From Octopus vulgaris (taxonomy: Eukaryota), in the NCBI GenBank assembly GCA_951406725.2, contig OX597822.1:5394001-5458000 (forward strand): DNA of 64,000 nucleotides, given 5' to 3'. The notes below the pieces were generated by a model. It was not told the DNA's origin, ran no database searches, and saw nothing but the letters and a program-made list of their open reading frames with translations. Position numbers and translations under genes: made by a program. Shown one piece after another: positions 55,038 through 64,000 of the stretch (position 1 is its first letter; every line of letters begins with the position of its first letter).

Positions 55038-56149
55038 CTGCAGAAAAAGGGAGGTGGTGACAGACCAGAGGTGTTGACAAACCTGAGGTGGTGACACACT
55101 TGAAATAGCAACACACCTGGCAGATTAGAAACATAGGTAACCTGTTAAACATAGTCATCTCCATGTAGTCAGTGATCTTCTTTGGATGTAAATGGACAGT
55201 TGTCAACTATTTATGTATACATACCTGTGAATGTATGTATAATGAATGAGAAGTTGCATCATAACTATGATGCCTATTTTTGTTTTCTAATAAAGAAACC
55301 TAAAGCTAAAATTGAAGTCATGTAGAATTAATTATCTAATCAAATAGCAGAGCATAACTCTTGTGGTGACATATCAAAACTGCAAAACTAAAAGCCTCTG
55401 AATGTTTCCCTTGGTTGCTTGCTAATCATTTAAACAAATAGCAATCAAGATTTGTTCATGAGATACTGAAGCTCAGAGTTTGTAGAAATAAGACACAGTG
55501 TTATGACCTTCATGATTTTCTCAGGAGCAATAACATTTTATAATGCTATAGCCAACATTATCCTTCATCCTTCTTTAATCTTTTCCTATTTCATACTTGA
55601 GGAGAAGGGATGACCTGCAGATACGCAACAACTACAAAGGCAGATAAGGCACTAAAAAGAAGAAGTCCAGCTTATCTACTGCAAGTAAACAAACCTCTAA
55701 TCATGGGAGCAACTTACATTGAAAATTTTCAAAATACAAATATCAATAATCATAAAATAAAACTCATAATTATGGTGATATTACTGCACTAATTATTGTA
55801 TTAGTATTTGTTTCATTACTGTACAATGGCTCTTGTCATTTGATACATCAATGTAAGCCATTATTATTGCAACTTGAACTGTAGTATTTTGCTTTTCATT
55901 TGTATTAATATACAATAAATGTGAATTTAATTGAAAAGAACTATTCTTGATCTCTCTCATAAACAATAATCAATTATTCCTATCTTTTGCAATCTCCATA
56001 AATCCATAATGGCCAAAATAGCTTTGATCTTCTTGCATTCTTTATTCAAAGCCAAAAATGATTTTGGCCTTTGAAACTTCTAAATTCAGTATAAACCCCA
56101 TACATTGCTCGGTTTTTCAATGGTTCATCTCTACCAATTATTGCATATT

Positions 56150-56181
<32 letters not shown>

Positions 56182-56814
56182 AGAATTCAGAAGACAAGTC
56201 AACTGATTGACGCAACACATCTCACACATACATGTTAATCTCTTCCAGGTTTACAAACAGATGTTCTCCGTTTGCCTCTTCTACAGTTCCTGCAACAGTT
56301 TATGCACAACATAATTGCAGGCTGCACCACAAATACAACTGAAAATCCTTTGAATCATTCATCTCACTGCATCTAGTACCCTCCACTACATTAGCCATCC
56401 AATGCTTTGCATAACATTACTTGTACAAAAGCACATTGCACATTGTATAAGAGGCTTTATATTAATGCACAGGTTTTATGTTAACAATACCACTTAAATT
56501 GAGAAATGCTTCAAGTTATAAGCCTGCTGTTGTGTTTCTATATAAAATACATTCTGGCAATAATAATAGAAGCTAGGAGCTATATACTTGTGACAATTAT
56601 TTCTTACAAAAGCATAAAATGTTAGATATATACAGACAGGTGAACACGAACATAGCATTCTTAATGTTACTCATGTGTGAAGTAGTAGGATTGTTAAGTG
56701 AAAGTGGACGACTGTGAACTCAACAATTCATTGAGAACTTATTGTAACATGATGACACATGTCACAAGAATAACAACAACATATGAAACAGAAATAAAAC
56801 GAGCTCTCTCTTAC

Positions 56815-56842
56815 CAGCAGAAGTTCCAGAAATGACACTCAC
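56815..56842 (-). CDS. Candidate 28-nt micro-exon VSVISGTSA(G)
   Basis: Acceptor ttccttcttttctAG and donor CTG|gtaaga; open in phase 0 to 1. Confidence 0.5.
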
Positions 56843-56882
56843 CTAGAAAAGAAGGAATATATTTATAAGTATTATATAAATA

Positions 56883-56922
<40 letters not shown>

Positions 56923-57183
56923 TAACAATAGATTTTTTAAATTGTCAGTGAAGAAAACTAAGAACAAAGTCACAATTTCTTTGTTACATTCATAAGCATA
57001 CACACACACATACATTTGGTTCACTTTTGCCCTTTATAATGAAAACTTATCCATTATGCATTATGATTATATTTTCCTAAAATATATTCTGCCATTACTG
57101 GATTCCACGGGTTATCTGACTACAGTATTTTATAATCTTTAAATTAAGCAGCTGGGTGTTATTGAAGTATATAATATATTTAA

Positions 57184-57393
57184 CCCGTTAGCATTCAGAT
57201 TACTCTGTCAAATGTAATATTTATTCACAGTGCTTTGAATTAATCATGCATTATCTTGTAGCATTGAGTTTTCAATGATGTGATTGTTTATTTTAAGAAT
57301 AACATTTTAGGACAGGTGTGAGAATTTGGCTAGTTTGAGCATAAAACAGAATATTTTGAGCAGATATGTACGGCTGGTTTAAATACTAAAGGG
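57184..57393. mobile_element. TTAA-type MITE family P2 (orientation A)
   Basis: ttaa-cccgttagcatt ... aatactaaaggg-ttta. Confidence 0.8.
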
Positions 57394-57664
57394 TTTAAAA
57401 TGTTGAAAGACAAGTACAGACTTCATTCAAACAATGAACAATAGTAATAACTTGATGTTAAAACAATGGAGATGAGACCAGCACCAGCAGCACTGAGCTT
57501 TGCCTAATATTATAGAAATTATCAGAGAAAGTCCCTTAACTTATGACCTTTTTAAAAAGACGTGCTCCTATGTAAAATTTAAGCTACTTAGGTGTGGAAC
57601 TAGAGCCAACAATTTGGAACATACATATATTCCCTTTTATATTATTAAGAAGATATGAGTAAAT

Positions 57665-57667
<3 letters not shown>

Positions 57668-57722
<55 letters not shown>
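57668..57722. repeat. (GA)n microsatellite
   Basis: Direct read. Confidence 0.95.
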
Positions 57723-57726
<4 letters not shown>

Positions 57727-58274
57727 AACTAATTTATTTGGGTGGAATGCCTGCATACATATATTGGTGTGCATAAACATCTGTTGAAGTAGCATAGATC
57801 TCAGTATGCATGAGCAATAAATTGATATGAATGAGTGCTGGAATGTGTATATTATTCTTGTATCTGCATGAGGTATACATATATTTAAATGATATATGGA
57901 TGTAATTATATCAATATGATGTCTAATTACAAATATATCTGTATATGGCTATTAAACATTCGACTGTGTATGTGGGCTTGGCAATTAGGTATATGTGTCA
58001 GTATGATATTTAGATGAATGCATTAGCATATGCTGCTTCAAAGAATTTACATTTATGTGCTTGAAATCTAGCACATGTGAATGTAGAAAAACAGGTAAAC
58101 AAGATTCATAAAAATAAATTTTTTAAACTCACACAAGCTTACAAACACATACACAAAAACATAGAGATGTATGTATGTATGTATGTATATTCATAGATAC
58201 CACACACTATTTTTTCACGCTAACTACTGATAATTTCTTATAAAGATTTTATCCTCAATTTTAAATATATATAC

Positions 58275-58319
<45 letters not shown>

Positions 58320-58484
58320 CACACATTTTGTCATTCATTTTTAAGTCTTTTTTCCATGCTAGTTTGGGTTAGATCAATATATTATCAAGGTATTATTTAT
58401 AGCCAGATGCCATTCATGTTGTTAATCCTTAGCTGGTTTACAAGTGAAAGAAAAATTATACATTAAATCACACACACACACACA

Positions 58485-58688
58485 ATTGCCAAACCTGGCT
58501 CAAACATTCTACTAGTTTTAGGTTCAAACCAACTAGGTCTGTTCCTTTACGTCTACCCTGCAATATCCTTCTAAGATTATACAATCAAATCATCAAAATT
58601 TCAAAGCTTCTAGTTATTACATAATTAATTCAAAACAATGTGAATGCATAAGCATTACATTTGACAGAGTAATTTGATTGCTAAAGGG
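58485..58688. mobile_element. MITE family P2 (orientation B), left end lost
   Basis: Ends gcattacatttgacagagtaatttgattgctaaaggg-ttaa. Confidence 0.7.
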
Positions 58689-58866
58689 TTAAAATACAAA
58701 TATAAGGAAGTACTACAAGAAGATACTAAAGTGTTGGCTTTAAAACTAATAGTCACAACAGTAAACTTGGGAATGTTTGCACACACAACATTACAATTGT
58801 GAGAATGAAAAGGAAACTATTTAACATGTGAAAGTGATATAGGCATACCACACCATCTGGTTTTAA

Positions 58867-59091
58867 ACCATCTGCATTTAAACCAGCCATATCCAGCTAA
58901 AATATTCAACCTATTTTATGGTCAAGTTGACCAGATCATGTCTCTCACCTCTATCCTACAGTGTCATTCTAAAAATAAAGTCACATCATTGAAATCGCAA
59001 AGATATGAGACAATGCAAGATTAATATATTATTCAACACAATCCAAACAAATGAGAATTGTATTTGATAGAGTAATCTGAATGTTAATAGG
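58867..59091. mobile_element. MITE family P2 (orientation B)
   Basis: Colinear with 60466-60663. Confidence 0.75.
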
Positions 59092-59928
59092 CTAACACCA
59101 TCTGGCCTGGTTCACAGATATCTTAAATGGAGTTTATTCTGTGGCAAGTATTTGAGTTTCTATGACATTTTGACGAGCTGTATCCTTTATATATCCTCAA
59201 GAATAGCCAAAATGAGAATTAAACCCACTGGTTAATTCTTCTTTTTCTCTAATATTTGTGAGCACCAATCCAACCTAGGCCTAACATATCAGAACTTCCC
59301 AAGGATGGCAGTCTTTCTTGGTCAGGATTGACCATGATTCTGAACATGTACACACAAACCTAGATAAGTCACTGGTGCATGCGAGTCTTTTTTGTAGCTA
59401 CCAGTATCCATTTAAAGGAAAGGCTGCCAATTTAAGCTGATACAGCTTAGCACCAATATCATTACAGACATTGCATAAAGGAAACTTCCGGGATGCAATG
59501 CTTCACACATGCATGCATGCATGTGTGTGTGTGTGTGTGTGTCACATAACATTGTCTCATTGCATCAAACAACATCTCTTTAGGGACATAAAATACTTCA
59601 GATATCAACTGCTACTCTACAAAGCTTAAATAGGATCCATGCTAAAATACTGTTCTCATAAAGGTGCTACTGCTCTTATGTTGCTACACACACATTCTAG
59701 GTAACATCCAAAAGAAGGCAGTTTGACTAAACACTAAATATTGAATCAGTAACAATCAAATATTAGTTCATGAATGTGTAGTTTTCTCTCTGCCTCTTCT
59801 ATTTATCGCTACTACATCTCTCCTTTTGAGCTAATAGCAGAATACACTGTTCATTCATGCTAATTTGTTCCGTATAACTTTCCTCCTCTTCTTGATACCT
59901 TTAGTGGATTCCATCTCCCAACACTCAC

Positions 59929-59987
59929 TTCAGACATTTCAGCTAATCTTTCATCCTCAGAGCAGCAGTCTTTGGAATGTTTTGAAC
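59929..59987 (-). CDS. Candidate exon (G)SKHSKDCCSEDERLAEMSE, possibly extending upstream to 60081
   Basis: Donor GAA|gtgagt at 59928 is phase 0 and joins the 56842 exon in frame. Acceptor is either ctacAG (59988) or ttttttttctatataaaAG (60082). Locally GC-richer than its surroundings. Confidence 0.4.
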
Positions 59988-60465
59988 CTGTAGATTCCTC
60001 AATTCAAACATTAACTGCATCAACCTCACCAATTTTAGAGAGACTGCCATTGTCATGGGCACTATCCCACTTTCTCTGATTCTTTTATATAGAAAAAAAA
60101 TTGATGAATGATATAATTATTTCAAAATTCTATACATAATATGCAGTAATATGCATAAGCTAAAGAAAAGTGAAGCAGTATTTTGTGTTAAAATTTACAA
60201 CAGACATTATCTTGAGTCTCTGAAAGAGCATTTATTTATAGATGCAGCATTTCATGCAGCTAGTTTAAATTGGTACCAGATTTAGTAAGACTAATTATGC
60301 ATTGATATATGCTTCTAGTAATAAATGGTCAGGCAATTAACATTTACTGAACAAGTACATTGAATAAATAAGTCTTTTTTCTTTTCTGTTTTTTTTTAAT
60401 AGCATTTCAGAAGTATATATGAAGAATTTATTCTAAAAAGTCTACAAGAAATATGTACTCCTTAA

Positions 60466-60663
60466 ACCATTAGCATTTAAACTGACCATATCAGGTCCAA
60501 GTATTCAACCCATTTTATGTTCAAACTATCCAGATCCTACATCTCACACCTACCCTACAATGTCATTCTAAAAATAAGCAATCACAAAGATATGAGATTA
60601 TGCATGATTAATTCAAAACAATATGAATAAGTACATTCACAGAGTAATCTGAATGCTAATGGG
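60466..60663. mobile_element. MITE family P2 (orientation B)
   Basis: ttaa-accattagcattt ... gaatgctaatggg-ttaa. Confidence 0.8.
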
Positions 60664-61109
60664 TTAAAGTGTGAATACTGGAAAAAAATAACTAACAAGT
60701 TGCTCCTCTGAACAGCCATGGTAAATTAGCTGATGATGGTTTCAAATGAGAAAAGAAATCAGGTCACACATTCAGTTTACTGAGAACTCACAGCTGCACC
60801 ATCGTGTTCATCATATTATAAATAAAATGAATAAATCTAAATTAATCAATCACTTCCTGAATTAAAAATAAAAGGTTTTATTTGATTTTTTTTTTTTAAT
60901 TTTGAAACTCAAACATTTCAAGGGTAAATAGATAAAAATAAAGAAAAAAAATTCTGATGGGAACAGAAAATAATGGCAACGAACCAAGTCATGATAAATA
61001 TTATTTATAATGAATAAATATGTAAACAAAGCAGAAAACAAAATATATAACCGCAATATGTATTTGTTCTTCTTTGAAGAGAGATAATTAGAATTAACAA
61101 AATAATTAA

Positions 61110-61156
<47 letters not shown>

Positions 61157-61393
61157 TTATTTATTTATTTCTTGACACATGGTTTAAGAGGTAAAGAATT
61201 CATCATTTTTACGCACACACTTTGTTTCACTTAAAAAGGAACACTTAATATTCTTGATCAAAATAAATTTTTGTTTGCAGGCACATGGATAGAAATTCAA
61301 AGGACTTGTACATCCCCTAAATGCAACAAACAACTGATTAAATTACACACAAATGTATATGTATATATGTATATATATATATATACATATATA

Positions 61394-61456
<63 letters not shown>

Positions 61457-61524
61457 CAATTTGAGGATATAAACCTCTAACAGGGATGATTCCATCCAAG
61501 TTACACTGGTTTAATATATATATA

Positions 61525-61868
61525 GGCATGGCTGTGGTAAGTTTGCTTTCCAACTACATGGTTCCAGGTTCAGTCCCACTGCAAGGCACCTAGGCCAAGT
61601 GTCTTCTATAATAGCCTCGGGCTGACCAATATATATGTATATATATATATCTGTGTATTTATGTTTGTTTTCCCATCATAGCTTGACAACCGGTGTTGGT
61701 GTGTTTATGTACCCGTAACTTAGCAGTTTGGCAAGAGAGATCAATACTATAACTACCAGGCTTAAAACATATTGGGGTTGATACATTCAAGTAAAAGTTC
61801 TTCAAGCAGTGCTCCAGCATGGCTGCAGTCTAATGAGTGAAACAAGTAAAAGATATAAAATAAAAGAT
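61525..61868 (+). mobile_element. SINE family A, followed by an older copy (about 61875-62190)
   Basis: Colinear with family A. Confidence 0.85.
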
Positions 61869-63247
61869 ATATGTAAGTATGGCTTTGAAACCATTCTGCA
61901 TCACCAATGGTTTCCAAAACCAGCACCAGTTGCGATGCCTTGCACCTCTGGTTTCCATCCACTGTGCATCACTTTGGGCAACTATTGTCTTCTGATATAG
62001 CACCTGGCTAATTAGTGCCTTGTGAGTAAATTCGGTAGATGATAATGTGAAGAAGCCTGTCATCTGTGTATGTAGACATGCAAGAGTTTATCCTTAATTA
62101 TGTGCTTCTCGCCCCACCAATTGACAGTTGGTTTGTTTGCTTCTCTGTAACTTGACAGTTCAGCAAAAAGAAGTGAGGGAATAAATATCAGGGATCTTTT
62201 GACCTACAGATTTAAAAAATAATTTTTTGTAACTAAACACTTTCAAACTTCAGACACTGGTAGAATGTGTCATATAAAAAAATCTTTTACTCTTAGGATT
62301 TTTGAGAAAAACGTACATATACACACAGACTCATGTTTATACAAATATAGTACAGACACACAATGTGTCTATGTGTAACCATGAATAACCACATATATAA
62401 AATCTGACACAAATGCTCATATGTGCTAGCTTGTGTGAAACTGTACATCCATATACTCACATAAACGCAATCAAACAAGCATCTATATAACACACGAAAG
62501 TTAAAGTATGATAGGTACAAGCATCTTACTATGGATGTTGTAATTTTTTTCATTTTCCTTTTTTCCTTTATGTTTTTCTAGAACTATCACCTTTACACCA
62601 ATTCCATACAGTTCTAGGCAAATCACTCAAAAAATAAAACAAAAAATACAACTTTTTTTTTTTGCAAAAAGAACCCCCTTTTATTTTGTGTAAAAAAATA
62701 TTTGATAATTTAACTTTTTATGAAAAGACAGGATTGGCATGGCTAGACTAGTTTTGGTGGTAAATCTGCTTGGTAAGGATCAAGGACTAAATACTGACAA
62801 TGACCACATTTGACAATGGGATATGAGGTATCAAATTTAACAAAACTATATTCCTTCTAGAGTTATTTTTCTTGAGCCAATTCCAATCCTCCACAATTCT
62901 ATTAACTCAACAACTTTGCTTGTTGTATCTTTTATGTCATCAACAATAACAACAAATAAAGTCTAGTAAAATATAAGGAATTTCCCATTAACAAAGACAT
63001 TGAAGAGGGTCCTATAGATATGAGAAGAATGATTTAGTTCAACCAGATGGCATTAATACTTTAAATAACATCCTATTGGATTTTGGTGGAACAAAAGACT
63101 CAATGCCAATAAAAAAAAAAAACTATACTGAAAGAAATACATAGCAGGAGAGAAAGGTTTCCCATTAAATTCTTAACTTAAACAAAACTATAAATTCAAA
63201 AATGCCTACTTGTGTTTTAATGTAATCTTTAATTACATACACGTTCT

Positions 63248-63456
63248 CTCTTGTCACCATATTTTTGTTGAAATCACTGCCTTTGTTGCAATTAATTATA
63301 AAAATAATGAACAATTTAGAAAACTATAGTAATTATTAATTGTTGTTTGGAACATAAATTAACATGCACTTTAAATCTTTAATTTAGCTCGTTTTAAAAC
63401 AGGAAGTTTGTATCATAAGATCAAGGATAATCTCAGTCAGGTGGGATCCAAAAGGT
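63248..63456. mobile_element. MITE family P1, inverted decayed copy
   Basis: Reverse-complement similarity to 28759-28985 and 19617-19838. Confidence 0.65.
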
Positions 63457-63474
63457 CTCACATCACCTTCACCG

Positions 63475-63975
63475 TCATTATCATTCAATATCTGTTATCT
63501 AAGCTGGCATGGGTTGGACAGGTCATTGTTGTCTTAGTCAGAGATTATTTGGAATTACAACCTAGGAGGTCAAGCACAAACCACTTTACAGAATGTACTG
63601 GACTCTCTTTTTGTGGCACAGGAATGAATGATATCACCAAGTAAAGAAGAGGAAGCCCTCTCAATTAAGTGTGGTTGTAGTGGAAGCAGAGGAAGTGGTT
63701 TTATGCCTGGTGCTGAGAAGTTAATGTATGATAGAAGACATAGATACAAGCATCTTACTATGGAAGACATGCATGTCTATCTTGCATTACATCAGAGTGT
63801 GTGACACTAGCTGGAAGAGAATAGGGATAACAAGGAGTCAGAGCACACTGTCATGGTACAAGAAGATGAATATAAGAAAGAAAGAATGCATAATGAGGAT
63901 GGTGAGGTGTAGCTGGTTAAGTTCACAGAAGTGTGAGGGCAGAGTCACAGGTGGTTACAGATAGACGGTCAGGGA
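63475..63975 (-). mobile_element. Old LINE 3'-end fragment with RTE-type tail
   Basis: gctggcatgggttggaca tail motif; body similar to 35611-36135. Confidence 0.6.
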
Positions 63976-64000
63976 TTAATGTATACACACACACACACTT

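Noticed and set aside
62495-63790. Shared motif tacaagcatcttactatgga at about 62517 and 63746
   Set aside because: Most simply explained as pieces of the same old LINE 3' region.

Overview
AT-rich, repeat-dense animal DNA, most likely an octopus (coleoid cephalopod). This assignment is inferred from the recognisable tRNA-derived SINE families, RTE tails and microsatellite load. There is no intact long CDS: nearly all ORFs in the supplied track are microsatellite or transposon artefacts. The window holds many copies of three SINE families, a 2.1-kb RTE LINE with its RT domain plus other RTE fragments, a Dong/R4 endonuclease fragment in a (TAA)n tract, a full-length decayed DD34D mariner, a decayed maT-like transposase, a 400-bp non-autonomous Helitron, a Penelope GIY-YIG fragment, a hAT MITE, two TTAA-type (piggyBac-like) MITE families and a piggyBac transposase relic. 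At about 51.5-60.1 kb, strong minus-strand splice sites outline the probable 3' end of an unidentified gene with micro-exons and two possible C-termini. The most unusual observations are (i) a 344-881 double fold-back reading like slightly more than one turn of a rod-like self-complementary circle, (ii) a decayed minimal hammerhead ribozyme at 40.45 kb, and (iii) an AG|GTGAGT recursive-splice-like micro-exon at 56.8 kb. All calls are by eye; boundaries of decayed repeats are approximate.
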